A stretch of DNA of 64,000 bases from Octopus vulgaris (GCA_951406725.2 OX597817.1:165912001-165976000), one strand, 5' to 3'. Numbered from the stretch's first letter, positions 1-14,153 are shown. A program made the numbers and translations. The notes: generated by a model not told the origin, from the sequence alone.

Positions 1-69
1 ACTACTATTACTGCAGTGTGGACTTTAAAATGAACCACAGCACCAATTCTAATACTATCAATCATCCTT

Positions 70-440
70 GCTTCTATTTTAAGAACAAGGATAGTACTTG
101 ACTAGTACTTTACCGATCCAGATTGGAAAAAAAAAAAAGCAAAGCTGACCTAGGCGGGATTTGAACTGAGAACAACCTGCGGAACAACTCCACCAGCCAG
201 AATTTTCTATGCCACTTCAACAATTCTGCCAATCCACTAATCTAACTAACACTACTAATAATGTTAATGGTTTCTAATTTAGGCACAAAACCAGTAATTT
301 TGAAGAAAGGAGCAGCCAGTATCGTTGATCCTGTTACTTGACTGGTATTTTATGTTATCGACCCGGGAGAAATGAAAGACAAAGATGACATCGGTGGAGA
401 CTGAACTCAAAATTTACGGCCGGAAGAAATACCACAATGC
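70..440 (-). mobile_element. Two decayed SINE family B copies
   Basis: Diverged matches to the family B core (aaagctgacctaggcgggatttgaactgagaa; ttatcgacccgggagaatgaaagacaaag) seen intact at 5435-5670. Confidence 0.6.
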
Positions 441-722
441 TTTTTTCTCCGTCACTAATGATTATTATACTAGGCCACCATGTTATACAATGGCTTCAGA
501 TTTAGGGACCAGGCCATTCGTTTTAGAAGGAGTGTGTATGACGATATCATCGACACCAGTACTTGACTGTTACTTTATTATACTGACGCAGAAGGATGAA
601 ATGCTTGGTGCCGTGTACTAGGCTTTCGTTAACTGTTTTAGGTGCTTGAATACTCACGAGCAGAAAGAGTTATATTCTTGGTTCTTTTCTCCCCCGTCCA
701 GCAGAATATTGAGAATGTAAAA

Positions 723-776
<54 letters not shown>

Positions 777-1576
777 CTTTATTAACCATGAGGTAGAGAT
801 AAAGAGGGGACGATACGAGGACAGACAAATCGAACATTGGGGTCAGGGTATCGAATGAGACGAAACGTATGAATAAACAAACAACTAAAATATATACAAT
901 TAAATGAGAATGAGTGATTTACAAAAAATGAAGCGAAGGACGCGGTCGACCCCACAAACCACATACTCACACTGAAGACTTTGCTTTCTCCTTTTTTACA
1001 TTCTCGATTAAACAGGTTCTTTCACCCGCAACATACTTGCTATAGACTTCCAGAGCGTGCGTGTGTGTGCTGAGCCAGCTTAATTATCAGCTACGAAAAC
1101 TGAAACACTATAAAATGTAATGTCTTGCTCAAAGAGTGTTTTGCACCCAGTCCAGGAACAGGTCATATGATCAAGAATCCAACACTGTAACCACTAGGGC
1201 TACGCACCTTCGCAAATAACGCGCTAGCCAATCCAGGAATCGAACCAGCGAGCGCACAAGCGTTCCTTGCATCACACTCATTCAAACTCTCTACTGTTTC
1301 AGCCTCTTGGTTATCAGTTTCCCTTATCATGTGTTACGGATCCTTGGGCGGATAGAGATAACTTATACAGAAAGGTTTACGAGTTGGTTTGACGATAAAA
1401 TGCACATACTACACTTTGTAAGTTAGTAAGTGATAGAGAGGCATAAGAGTGAAGTAGTGCTGAACCACACGAGCAATGGGGACAGACATTGCCGAATGTG
1501 CCTGCGATAAACAGACGAAACTAGCCTACTTCAGTGGCTTTCCAGCTTTGCTCTTGGGTGGTTATCTCCCCTGTCA

Positions 1577-1648
<72 letters not shown>

Positions 1649-2062
1649 ACGTAAAGTATACTAGCCATCTCAATATGGCCAACCACTAAGGGTGGGTGTT
1701 ACTGTAGCTTTTAGCCCCAGGAGATCATCGTCTCCAGCTGGCTTTAGGCACACTTTCTGTGACCTTGTGGTATTTGTAAAGGGAGGTCATCCCTCATATA
1801 TATATATGTTTGTGTGTGTATGTATGCGCTTATGCAGCTTGAAGAGTTTTACTCTCATTTCTAGCAATATAGCTGGTGTTCAGCATCCTCAGTAACAGTT
1901 AATGACGATTAAATTGCTTAGTTCTGGTTTTATATTGCGAGTAACTGCTTATATGCCTTTTTAGTAAACTCATTAGTATATATATATATATATATTCATA
2001 CAGGCACACAAACACACACACGCATACACACATACACACACACATCCCCAAATACACATACA

Positions 2063-2136
<74 letters not shown>

Positions 2137-2299
2137 ACACATGAAATTTGGCTCACAGTTGTTTTCAGTTGTCATTATAGGTGTATATTTTCTCTTTCAT
2201 TTTTAACTATTTGAAGTTCTTCTATGAAGAAGGAACTAGTTTCTTACTAAGATACGAAGTTCTATCGTTGGAATGTAGGTAAGAATGTCAATGGCTCAT

Positions 2300-2460
2300 T
2301 TTGAACATGGGAAAAATCTTGCATATTTTTACTGTTCCTTTCACAGTCTATTCGCAACGCGAGTATTAACTGGTTATCTTCTGTTTGCTTTCCTAGATTG
2401 TCACTTTGGCATTTATTAACCAAACCAAGTGCACCAAGTATCATTAGTATATAAATATGA
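2300..2460 (-). mobile_element. Decayed C-terminus of a restriction-like-endonuclease (R4-type) LINE
   Basis: Minus strand reads MILGALGLV, then frameshifted GTVKICKIF, like the GALG...GTxxI end of RLE LINE ORFs. Short and degraded. Confidence 0.35.
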
Positions 2461-2757
2461 CTTTACCATATAGGCATAGAAGCTGAAGGTTTCGAAACAG
2501 CTTTCCGTAGTTATCCGATGTATGTATGTATGTCCATCGAAGCATTTGTATGTATGTTGGTAATAGGCTTAACGTATGTACACAATAATAGGTGAGCGAA
2601 TTAGCTCTAATCCTTATAATGATGTGTAGATAAACCAGAGTGACGAGCGGAAGTGGTTGCTTAACGGCTATTTGGAAGAGAGTTTAGTGTTGACTTGGAA
2701 ACAATCAACGAAGAAATCTATCCTGATTAAAGAGTTACTACTCTTCAATGAAACTAG

Positions 2758-3018
2758 AATGGCACTCCGTCGGTTACGACGACGAAAGTTCCAGTTGATC
2801 CGGTTAACAGAACAGTCCGACCGTGAAATTAATGTGAAAGTGGCTGAGGCATAAGTGTGGCTGTCTGGTAAATAGCTTGCTTACCAACCACATGGTTTCA
2901 GGTTCAGTCCCACTGCGTGGCACCTTGGGCAAGTGTCTTCTACTATAGCCTCGGGCCGACCAAAGCCTTGTGAGTGGATTTGGTAGACGGAAACTGAAAG
3001 AAGCCCGTCGTATATATG

Positions 3019-3050
<32 letters not shown>

Positions 3051-3338
3051 AGTTTGTATATCTGTGTTTGTCCCCCCAACATCGCTTGACAACCGATGCT
3101 GGTGTGTTTATGTCCCCGTCATTTAGCGGTTCGGCAAAGAGACCGATAGAATAAGTACTGGGCTTACAAAGAATAAGTCCCGGGGTCGAGTTGCTCGATC
3201 AAAGGCGGTGCTCCAGCATGGCCGCAGTCAAATGACTGAAACAAGTAAAAAGGTAAAGAGAGAGTAGAGCTCCACGGACACACGTACCTTTCACGCACTT
3301 CTCAAGGAGATTCAGCATGACACGGAATATTACAAGGC
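2758..3338 (-). mobile_element. SINE C 3' half, interrupted by a SINE A
   Basis: 2758-2847 and 3266-3338 match consecutive parts of the intact SINE C at 3968-4348 (gcactccgtcggttacgacgacga...gtggctgag | ctccacggacacacgtacc). Confidence 0.75.
2848..3265 (+). mobile_element. SINE family A, full length (tRNA head, CORE-like ccttgggcaagt, internal (TA)(TG) tract, CR1-type tail)
   Basis: Box A/B-like gtggctgtctggtaa and ggttcagtccc; tail ggcggtgctccagcatggccgcagtcaaatgactgaaacaagtaaaa; more than 10 copies in the window. Possibly one of the described octopus OR/OK SINEs (not verified). Confidence 0.9.
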
Positions 3339-3967
3339 TAAAAAATGAATAAAACAAACAATATTACAACTTCCTTAGATCACTTCTATGCTGTAGCCTC
3401 TAGGAGAATGGTTGCCACCCAACCTGCTAGAAATGACAGTTAAATATCACCCAAATAATAACCCTGCTACTGTTTTGTATTTTTTATTTTCTAAAGGGAA
3501 GTGCACATTGGAAACGAGGTCTCTGATATGGTCAGCCATATGAACAGCCATATGTGCATGGTTGGAAAGTCTTAATCTCTTACTCCATCAGGGCTGATAT
3601 GGAAGTAAACAGCAGCAGCAGCAACATCATCAACATCAACAACAATTTCCTTTATTTGCCACTGGCGATGCAGATGAGGAGTACATTACAAGTTCAGTTT
3701 ACAATTTGTCAGGTGGGGTTATATAAAAGATAAAAGGAAGAAAAAGAGAACAAGGGGAATAATGATAGTAACTTGTGTAGTTGATGTTGTTGTTGCTGTT
3801 TTTTAACCTCAGGGCTGCTCTGATTCTAATCCAAAGTGTTCCAGAAAGGATCATCCCATCATTGATTTTTTTTTTGTCATTCTTTGCAGTCATAGTGAAT
3901 CTTGGAATACATTACTCAATAAGTGTGTTTTTTTTTCCCTTCCGTAAGGTGCTAGCATATGGGTTAT

Positions 3968-4348
3968 GGAAGCACTCCGTCGGTTACGACGACGAGGGTT
4001 CCGGTTGAGCCGAATCAACGGAACAGCCTGCTCGTGAAATTAACGTGTAAGTGGCTGAGCACTCCACAGACACGTGTACCCTTAACGTAGTTCTCGGGGA
4101 TATTCAGCGTGACACAGAGAGTGACACGGCCGGCCCTTTGAAATACAGGTACAACAGAAACAGGAAGTAAGAGTGAGAGAAAGTTGTGGTGAAAGAGTAC
4201 AGCAGAGATCACCACCATCCCCTGTCGGAGCCTCGTGGAGCTTTAGGTGTTTTCGCTCAATAAGCACTCACAACGCCCGGTCTGGGAATCGAAAACGCGA
4301 TCCTATGACCGCGAGTCCGCTGCCCTAACCACTGGGCCATTGCGCCTT
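3968..4348 (-). mobile_element. SINE family C, full length with 16-bp TSD (tRNA-Arg-like head)
   Basis: Head aggcgcaatggcccagtggttagggcagcggactcgcgg...ttcgattcccagaccgggc; direct repeat ctagcatatgggttat at 3952-3967 and 4349-4364. Confidence 0.9.
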
Positions 4349-4973
4349 CTAGCATATGGGTTATAAGAGGCTGGATCAGAGGAATAGGCGAGGCGTGGGA
4401 CAAAATTTCTTTTGATGTCCGCCAGTCCATCTATCCGTTCTGAGTTCAAATTCCGCCATTGCCTTTCATCCTTTCGGGGTCGATGAAATAAGTACTAGTT
4501 CAGTACTGGGGTCGTTGTTTATTATCTTTTATCATTTACTTGTTTCAGTCATTAGATTGTGGCCGTGCTGGGGCACCGTCTTGAATTTTTAGTCGAATGA
4601 CTCGATCACAAAACTTATTTTTTAAGCCTGGTACTTATTCTATCGGTCGCTTAGACCGCCAAACCGCCAGGTTACAGGAACGCAAACACTCTAACACCGG
4701 TTGTCAAGCGGTGGGGGACAAACGCAGACACATAGACACACACACACATACACACATATGCACATCTATAGATATACACGTATGAGAGGGAAACTACTAT
4801 GTGGACACCCTTATGCTAGAAATAGATCCGCTATGGTCTTACCACTAAGAGATGTTCTCAAGAAAATTCAGCAAAAACAACCAAAACATAATCGAGTAAG
4901 ACAAAAGAAAAGCAATAAAAATATGGATTATTCACATACATGTTTCACTATCACCATATTATGTAATTTAACT

Positions 4974-5140
4974 TGGCTGTGTGGTAAGTAGCATGCTTAC
5001 GAACCACATGGTTCCGGGTTCAGTCCCACTGCGTGGGACCTTGGGCAAGTGTCTTCTACTATAGGCTCGCAAAATGTGGGAGTAGTTAGGAATCTAAATC
5101 GTAGGAGACAGACACACAACTTCACTTTTATATATAAAGA
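4974..5140. mobile_element. SINE A head (+, 4974-5064) truncated by a Helitron-like 5' fragment (-, 5068-5140)
   Basis: 5068-5140 is the reverse complement of the 5' end of the 20822 and 52853 elements (tctttatatataaaagtgaagttgtg...cattttgcg). Confidence 0.75.
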
Positions 5141-5277
5141 TTTACTCTGACTGCATAAAAAAAAGATACGATTCCTTGAAACTCGTCTTGTTAGGCCAGC
5201 GTGGAAGTGGACAGAGAAAGAAAACCAACCTCTACATCTGTTCTGTTATCATTACCGCCGTCAATTACAAACGTCAT

Positions 5278-5318
<41 letters not shown>

Positions 5319-5366
5319 TCACCAACATCACCACCACCACCAACACTTCTACTTCTTCAGCTGCTG

Positions 5367-5434
<68 letters not shown>

Positions 5435-5436
<2 letters not shown>

Positions 5437-5670
5437 CTATTTCTTTACTACCCATAAAGGGCTAAACACAGAGAAGGACAAACAAGGACAGACAAGCGGA
5501 TTAAGTCGATTACATCGACCCCAGTGTGTAACTGGTACTTAATTTATCGACCCCGAAAGGATGAAAGGCAAAGTCAACCTCGGCGGAATTTGAACTCAGA
5601 ACGTAACGGCACACGAAATACTGCTAAGCATTTCGCCCGGCGTGCTAACGTTTCTGCCAGCTCACCGCCT
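5435..5670 (-). mobile_element. SINE family B, full length, inserted in a (TAC)n tract
   Basis: Head aggcggtgagctggcagaaacgttagcacgccgggcgaaatgc...gagttcaaattccgccgagg; tail ttagccctttatgggtagtaaagaaatagg; TAC repeats on both sides. Confidence 0.9.
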
Positions 5671-5679
5671 ACTACTACT

Positions 5680-5731
<52 letters not shown>

Positions 5732-6001
5732 TTGCTATCACTATCATCATCCTCATCATCATTGTCGTCATCATCATCGATTTCATCAGCATCATTATTG
5801 CATTTATCACAAACGCCAACACAATCACTGCTATCACCACAACTACCACCACCACTACCCTCATCGTATTCATCATCATCATCATCACCATCATCATTGT
5901 CGTCGTCGTCGTCATCACCATCATCATTGTCGTCGTCGTCGTCATCACCATCATCATTGTCGTCGTCGTCGTCATCACCATCATCATTGTCGTCGTCGTC
6001 G

Positions 6002-6070
<69 letters not shown>

Positions 6071-6106
6071 CCATCATCATTGTCGTCGTCGTCGTCATCG
6101 GCATCG

Positions 6107-6142
<36 letters not shown>

Positions 6143-6199
6143 CCATCATCATTGTCGTCGTCGTCGTCATCACCATCATCATTGTCGTCGTCGTCGTCG

Positions 6200-6246
<47 letters not shown>

Positions 6247-6262
6247 GTCGTCGTCGTCGTCG

Positions 6263-6298
<36 letters not shown>

Positions 6299-6322
6299 CC
6301 ATCATCATTGTCGTCGTCGTCG

Positions 6323-6367
<45 letters not shown>

Positions 6368-6485
6368 CCATCATCATTGTCGTCGTCGTCGTCATCACCA
6401 TCATCATTGTCGTCGTCGTCGTCATCACCATCATCATTGTCGTCGTCGTCGTCATCGGCATCATTATCATTATCATTATCATCAC
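5671..6485. repeat. Compound (TAC)/(CAT)/(GTC) trinucleotide array with a 30-bp higher-order unit
   Basis: The unit gtcatcaccatcatcattgtcgtcgtcgtc is tandem near 5881-6000 and 6361-6450 and interspersed between. Confidence 0.9.
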
Positions 6486-6809
6486 CACAGCCTGCACCGC
6501 GGATTACAACGATAGGGTGTCGCTAAGCCGTATTTACTGCCTGAGGTGAAAAAAAAATGGCCGCTTAGCCGAACCCAAACACTTCAGACTGTATACGGTA
6601 TGTCATACTGAACATCAACCGCATCTATCTCACACGTGGTTTAATTCTCCCTCCCCCCACCCCCATTTTACTTTCTAGCAATGCAATATGTAACTTACCC
6701 ATTTCTCTTTCTATCATTTCCATTCATTTAACTTCGTAGCCTGTCTCCACTCCCTCGAAGGTTCACTACCTCAGCCGAGAACAGACGCATATATACAGAC
6801 ACACGCACG

Positions 6810-6883
<74 letters not shown>

Positions 6884-7053
6884 CCACAACACGCCCATCT
6901 CACATTTTCTTATTCAGTTTCCACTTAGCATCGTCACTGCAATCATGTCACTTGAGAGAGTGTTAATTATTTGACAACACACACTCACACATACAGACAC
7001 ACACATTCACACGCGCTCACACACATACACACACATATAAGTATGTGCATATA

Positions 7054-7096
<43 letters not shown>

Positions 7097-7160
7097 ATAC
7101 ATATCCATGCATATATACAGGTACATTGATACACATACATACAGCTCTATCTGTCTCTCA

Positions 7161-7192
<32 letters not shown>

Positions 7193-7431
7193 GAATGGAG
7201 TTGAAAACCACACGAAAGCATGTAACTTCAAACGTGTCTTCTCTTATGTGAATTTGCTACCCAGGTATCGGTTAACCGAATTATCCATAACAAGATAATT
7301 CATTCAACTACTCAAATATATATATATATATGCATGTATGTATGTTTGTATGTATATATCATGTATTATATGCTAATATCATTCACGAAACTGTATAGAA
7401 TATATGCGTAAATAATGAAGAATGTAAGTAA

Positions 7432-8312
7432 TCTTTATATATATATAAAACTGAGAATGTGTCTGTCTGTCTGTGTGTTTCCCTAAAACTTGAGAACTAC
7501 ACAACCAATTTTATTCAATTTCATTCACAACCAATTTCATTCAAATACTTAGTGTCCGGGGAGTGTCATCGGCAAAAATTTTTACTTTTTACCTAGGATG
7601 AGCCCACGGCAATATCATATCTTCTCCACTACGATTCCCTAAAACTTAAGAACTACACAACCAATTTCATTCAAATTTTACACATGCCTTACTTAGGGTC
7701 CATGTAGTTTAATGGGGAAAAATGTTCAAATTCTTGCCTAGAGCGAGCCCATAGCAATTTCATATCTTCTCCACTATTTCAGTATTACGTGTTAAAAGTG
7801 AAACAAAAATACTTCTCTATTTTATGTCAGATGCTTTCACTTTAACTTTAACAATAATAATAACAATTGAATTATATGTAATAAGTAATAATTAAAATCA
7901 AACTAAAGTATAATATAATCGTAACATAACAAAAGTAAAAATAGCAATTGGTATAAAATTGCATCAATGACTTGAACTTGAATAAGTGGTTTCACATGAA
8001 TGGGAATAAGTCAAAAATAAAATTAGCGTGCAGAAATGGAATAGTCCAGATGGATAATAAAAAATCAAATTAAAGAAAAGACTATTGTCTATAAAGTATA
8101 CAATGTAGAGAAAAAAGAAGAGATAACAATTCCAGTCTGTTATATATTTTGAGTATTGTTATCACTAGCGATATCAAGATATAACTTTGTATTTTGCACT
8201 TTATGTGTATTAGTATATATATATAGATGTACATGTAATATGTACACATATATATACACATATATACATGCACTAGCACTATGACCCGGCAACGACGGGT
8301 CTTTAATGCTAG
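7432..8312 (+). mobile_element. Non-autonomous Helitron-like element
   Basis: a|TC start (tctttatatatatataaaactg); 3' hairpin gacccg-gcaacga-cgggtc (8283-8301) before CTAG|t; internal duplication of ttccctaaaactt(g/a)agaactacacaaccaattt. Confidence 0.75.
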
Positions 8313-8544
8313 TATTAATAATATAAACAAAGTGTTTTATACATAAATGTGCGTGAGTGTGTATATGTATGTTTGTATGTATGTATGTATGTATGTATGT
8401 ATGTATGTATGTATGTATGTATGTATGTATGTATGTATGTACGTACGTACGTATGTAAGTATGTATGTATGTATGTATGTATGTATGTATGTATGGATTG
8501 ATTGATGGATGGATGGATATGTATATATGTATGTATGTATATGT

Positions 8545-9110
8545 ATATTTCTTCTTGACTGACTGAAATAAATAGTTTACGAGAAATGAATTAATTAATC
8601 TACTCCACTACTTTAGACGTGGTTAATAGCTTACTTTGAAGAAATTTTGAAACATCTTGGTTTCCCCTTTCTATCGAAATAACCCGAAAAAATTTTTCCT
8701 AGACCATTGCTATTTTACCTACGGACTTCCAAGCCCTATGATGGAAAATTGCACGATTTAATATATTATGCCTCAAGACTTCTTCACTAGGCCATGTTTT
8801 CTTTCCTAATCCCTCTTCACTTTGTTTATTTTGGACGCTTTTGTATTCACTCTGATGAAGCTCCATGTTCAAGTTCGAATATCCTATGAAGTTGAAGAAT
8901 ATTACTTTCGCAATTCTTTAGTAGGCACTGAATGGCATCGGAAGCGGAAACGGCCGTAAGAATTGTTATGTCACATAAATGTTATGTCGTGTTTTGTATT
9001 AAATAATAAGCTATATATGTGGTCGAATTGCTTTGTTTGTTGATCTGAGTTTTTCTCCATTTTCTGATTTTTTATATTTGATTCCTGATAAAATTTTGTT
9101 TATTCTGTTG
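8545..9110 (+). mobile_element. Penelope-like 3' end / pLTR
   Basis: Contains a hammerhead motif followed by a T-rich tail; weak ORF-end remnant TRNELI. Confidence 0.5.
8845..8963 (+). ncRNA. Type I hammerhead-like motif (stem I degraded)
   Basis: CTGATGA 8852-8858; stem II gctcc/ggaagc; GAAAC-ggcc-GTA 8947-8958 with the self-complementary acggccgt. Confidence 0.6.
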
Positions 9111-9351
9111 TTACCTGTACTCTAAGAGCATAGTGTACCTGCATACCCATGCCCTGAGATGACACGGGTAACTGATACCGATGGTATATACGTATATTTT
9201 ATTCCTTAGTCGATTACTATAATCGCTAATTCTACTTGCCTTTACACATACACACACACATATATATATAAATATATTATATATATATATATTTATATAT
9301 GTATATGAATGAACATATAAAAGCCTATACATACATACATACATACATACA

Positions 9352-9385
<34 letters not shown>

Positions 9386-9559
9386 CATACATGCATACAT
9401 AATGAAACAATAATAATATGCAAAACTTTACTCAAGTTCCAAATGTGAAATTGTCTGTGTTAACTACATTCCAAAGATGGGACCCTGTATCTTTGTTTGA
9501 ATCCGGCACCCTCCTCAGTTGAAGATTTATAATACGAAATTAAAAAAATAGAAGCGATA

Positions 9560-9625
<66 letters not shown>

Positions 9626-9827
9626 ATTGAGGTAATCAGATCAGATGGTTCATATTTGTAGATATTTATTTATATATTACATTTTTTACATATATATCAT
9701 ATCATTCGGATTAGCGCTTGCTCCCATTCTAGTGGGTTTTCAAATCAAATCAGTTGTGGGTAGTTTGAACCTTTTTATAGCTTCGTAGTAGTGGGTGAGG
9801 AGGAAGTGAGACAGAGAGAAAATATGT

Positions 9828-9885
<58 letters not shown>

Positions 9886-9981
9886 ATTTATATCTGAGAG
9901 TGAAGAAGTGTTATTTCCGTTGGTCTGCTGGACCCCCTGTGGTTTTATAAGAACTTTGGCTGTCCATTTCAATGTCACTGA

Positions 9982-10038
<57 letters not shown>

Positions 10039-10612
10039 CATATATATGTGCGCGGGCGTGTGTGTGTGTGTGTGTAGGGAGAGAAATAGAGAGAGACTTA
10101 GATATAGAAAAACGCACATATACACACATACTCACACACACACACACACATATATACACACACACACATCCACAAATATAGACATTCCTCCCCTTCAGAC
10201 GCCGTATACAAACCTAAATGCCAACAACAAAAAAAATGTCGTAAAATGATTTGTTAGCTAATCGTCAAGAATTTTCATAAACCATATTATAAAACTATAA
10301 GGGTTGATATTTCAAACCACACGGAAATAGCTGAAGATAAAATAAACCAAGGATGGTAGAGAGAGGTTTAATAACCTAACGAAGCGGGTATTATATATTT
10401 TGCTATAAAGCAATAAATACTATAATGACTCGGGAGAATGAACGGTGGGCAAGAAGTATTTTTATTGGTCATATTGTATAGGTTTACAAGAGCTGCCTGG
10501 GTGGGTTTAGAGAGACTGAGAGCGAGAGAGGGGAGGGAGGGAGAGAAAGAAAGGGGGAGGTGATGATGATGATGATGATGATGATGACGTTGGTGAGAAA
10601 GAGAGTTTAGAC

Positions 10613-10815
10613 CAGGGGTGGGCAAACTACGCATGCGGCCCGCCATAGGTTTTCATGCGGCCCGCCGAGAGCTTTTATGAATCCAACTTCTATGCAGATA
10701 CTTCGTAACTGTACGGTAATTCACAATATTTTCACTTGATTTTTATAAATGAGGCCCGCCAAGATTCCAAAGACGCACTGTGCGGCCCGCGATCAAAATA
10801 GTTTGCCCACCCCTG
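10613..10815. mobile_element. hAT-superfamily MITE
   Basis: 17-bp TIR caggggtgggcaaacta/tagtttgcccacccctg; 8-bp TSD gtttagac at 10605-10612 and 10816-10823; internal gcggcccgc repeats. Confidence 0.95.
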
Positions 10816-10883
10816 GTTTAGACTGTGGAGCGTGTGTGCCAGGACAAGATTTTTATTAATTTTTCTACTGATTATGCTGCAAG

Positions 10884-10945
<62 letters not shown>

Positions 10946-11302
10946 GTGCTTCTGGTGTTTGCTGGTTGTCGTTGGTTGTGGTAGGGGTTTATTGTTGGTG
11001 TGGTGTGGTCTGTTAGTGATTATGTTGGTGGCGTTCATCACGATAGAGATTTGTGATGATCGTGGGGTCATGTTAGTGGAGTTAGTTGAATGCTGTTGTT
11101 GTTGTCGTCGTCGTCGTCATTGTCTTCTTCTTTTTCTCCTTCTTCTTCTCCTTCTCCTTCTTGTTGTCCTTCTTCTTCTTCTTCTTCTTCTTCCTCCTTC
11201 TCCTCCTCTCCTCTTTCTTCTCCTTCTCCTTCTTTTTCTTCTTCTTCTTCTTTCTCCTCCTCCTCCTCCTTCTTCTTCTTCTTTTTCCTCCTCCTCCTCC
11301 TC

Positions 11303-11778
11303 CAATCAGGACTCATGCATTTAGCCACAAAGAATAATCTCTAAGTTGAACCTACTCTAAGCTACTAAGAATGCATGTGGCAACTTGAAGATCCGTCCAC
11401 CACACGCGATAGACTGGCGCTTTCACGGGCGCGAAAGTTACGTTGTTATCCTCATTCCGTAAACGGTGGCTTTTAACGCGTGGAGAGCTGAACTATCCTG
11501 GGGTACAGAGGATTCGCAATCTAGACTAGGGTCTGAAAGTTTTACCACACCATAGTGGGTTACACCATGGTTCCTCAGCTTCGTGGCAGAAGTAGGATGA
11601 AAGAGTGAGAGAAATTTGTGATGAAAGAGTACAGCGGGGTTCACCCCCACCGCGCCGGAGCCTCGTGGAGCTTAGGTGTTTGTGCTCAATAAACATTCAC
11701 AATACCCGGTCTGGGAATCAAAACCGCGTTCTTACGATCACGTGTCCGCTGTCCCAACCACTGGGCCATTGCGCCTTC
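11303..11778 (-). mobile_element. SINE C head with an alternative body, ending at (GGA)n
   Basis: 11600-11778 matches the SINE C head; 11303-11600 is unrelated to the body of the 3968 copy. The distal boundary is inferred. Confidence 0.65.
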
Positions 11779-12094
11779 ACTGTTGTTGTTGGTAGTGGTG
11801 TTTGTGGTGGTGGGGATCATTGTGGTAGTAGCTATCTCGTCACTGTCGCTCTGGTAGTAATGCTAAAGAAGGCGTCCAGTTGGCAAAATCGTTGGCTCTC
11901 CGGACAAAATACTCAGCGCCATTTCAACCGTCTTTACGTTCTGAGTTCAAATCCCGCCGAGTTCGTCGACTTGGCTTTTCATCCCTTTCAAAGTCTATGA
12001 AGCAACGGTTGAACCCTGCAATCGATGCAGTAATTTCTGGCCGTGTGCCAAAATTAAAACAAATACTTGTGGCAGCAGCTGCTGCAGCAGTAGC

Positions 12095-12140
<46 letters not shown>

Positions 12141-12351
12141 TTTCTGATCAGAGTACTGACAGCAGTGGTAATTGTATTGTTGATAATATGTGTGGGTCGT
12201 AATACAGTGCGGAGGAGGTGGAGGAGCAATAAGATATATTCGTATGGGATATATTTCTACATGAATGTATATGTAAGGTGTGAGAGGCTGCAAGCGTGAG
12301 CGGACATAACGTATAAAATGCTCTAATTCAAATTTCTTGAACTAATTCTGT

Positions 12352-12757
12352 GTAGCTGTATAGTAAGTAGCTAGCTTACCAACCACATGGTTCCGGGTTC
12401 AGTCCCACTGAGTGGCACCTTGGGCAAGTGACTTCTACTATAGCCTCGGGCAGACCAAAGCCTTGTGAGTGGATTTGGTAAACGGAAAGTGAAAGAAGCC
12501 CGTCGTATATATGTATATATATATATGTGTGTGTGTGTATATGTTTGTGTGTCTGTGTTTGTCTCCCCAACATCGCTTGACAACCGATGCTGATGTGTTT
12601 ACGTCCCCGTAACTTAGCGGTTCAGCAAAAGCGGCCGATAGAATAACTACTAGGCTTACAAAGAATAAATCATGGGGTCGATTTGATCGACTAAAAAAGG
12701 TGGTGCTCCAGCACGGCCGCAGTCAAATGACTGAAACAAGTAAAAGAGTAAAGAGTA
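12352..12757 (+). mobile_element. SINE A
   Basis: Same head, internal TA/TG tract and tail as 2848-3265. Confidence 0.9.
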
Positions 12758-12859
12758 TAGGATGACGTTAACAAGTAACATAATATTTATGCTTATCATC
12801 ATTAAAATTGTCGCTAATGAAGTTGATGGCAATAATAATTCTTTCTGCAATTTGCGGGG

Positions 12860-13836
12860 AAGAGGCCCCTCGATTACATCGACCACGGTATTCGACTGGT
12901 ATTTATTTTATTGGCTCCGATAAGGTGAAAAGTAAATTTGTTCTTGGTGGAATTCGAACGGAGAACGTAATGCACGCTCGGTATTTTGTCTTGCATTCTA
13001 ACGATTCTGCTACGTGCTAACGATTGACCGCCTCCGTTGGTGTTAATAATCCTTTCTACCATAGGCACAAGGCCTGAAATTTGGGCGAGGGTACACTAGT
13101 ACTGAATTTGGGGTAGGGAACCCCAGTACTCAAACGGTACTTAATTTATCGACCCCGAAAGGATGAAAGGCAAAGTCGACCTCGGCGGAATTTGAACTCA
13201 GAACACAGCGGCAGATGAAATACTTCCAAGCATTTCGCCTGGCATGCTAACGATTCTTTTCTACTCTAGGCACAAGGCCCGGAAATTTGGGGGAGGGGAC
13301 CAATCGATTAGATCGACCCCAGTATGCAACTGGTACTTAGTTTATCGACCTCAAATGGTTGAAAAGAAAAGTCGACCTCGGCAGAATTTGAACTCAGACG
13401 ATATACCTATTTCTTTACTACCCACAAGGGGCTAAATACAGAGAGGACAAACAAGGACAGACAAACGAATTAAGTCGAATGTATCGACCCCAGTGCGAAA
13501 CTGGTACTTATTTTAATCGACCCCGAAAGGATGAAAGGCAAAGTCGACCACGGCGGAATTTGAACTCAGAACGTAGCGGCAGACGAAATAACGCTAAGCA
13601 TTTCGCCCGGCGTGCTAACGATTCTTTTCTACTCAAGGCACGAGGCCCGAAAATTTGGAAGAGAGGACCAGTCGGTTAGATCGACCCCAGTACTCAACTG
13701 CTACTTAATTTATCGACCTCAAAAGGATGAAAGGCAAAGTCGACCTCGGCGTAAATGAAACTCAGAACGTAGCGGCAGACGAAATACTGCTAAGCATTTC
13801 GCCCGGCGTGCTAACGTTTCTACCAGCTCGCCGACT
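12860..13836 (-). mobile_element. Tandem cluster of at least five partial or complete SINE B units
   Basis: Repeated tcgaccccgaaaggatgaaaggcaaagtcgacctcggcggaatttgaactcaga with both tail types. Confidence 0.9.
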
Positions 13837-14153
13837 TCATTGGTGCTAATGATGGAAATTGATAACAACAACTATTCATGATAAGCCAAAATAAAAGGTG
13901 TGCGTGTGTACACCCATACATGCGCAAGCATATATTTGCATTTCTTAATTTTCTAATCCACTGATTTAAATTTGCTACTTCTTAAGATAATATCTATATA
14001 AGATTTGGCCACACGTGAATGATTGCCAAAAACATTATCAATCGGTGAGACAGTGAACGATATATAGTATCAAGGTATGATATAATATATATGTAATATA
14101 TAGTATAATTATAAATATACATACATACATACATACATACATACATACATACA

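Noticed and set aside
5176-6549. Long ORFs (294-341 aa) rich in T/I/V/M/S
   Set aside because: They are translations of trinucleotide arrays, open in several frames on both strands.
9440-9530. Minus-strand CTGAGGA as a hammerhead
   Set aside because: GAAA and stem I are too degraded to support the call.
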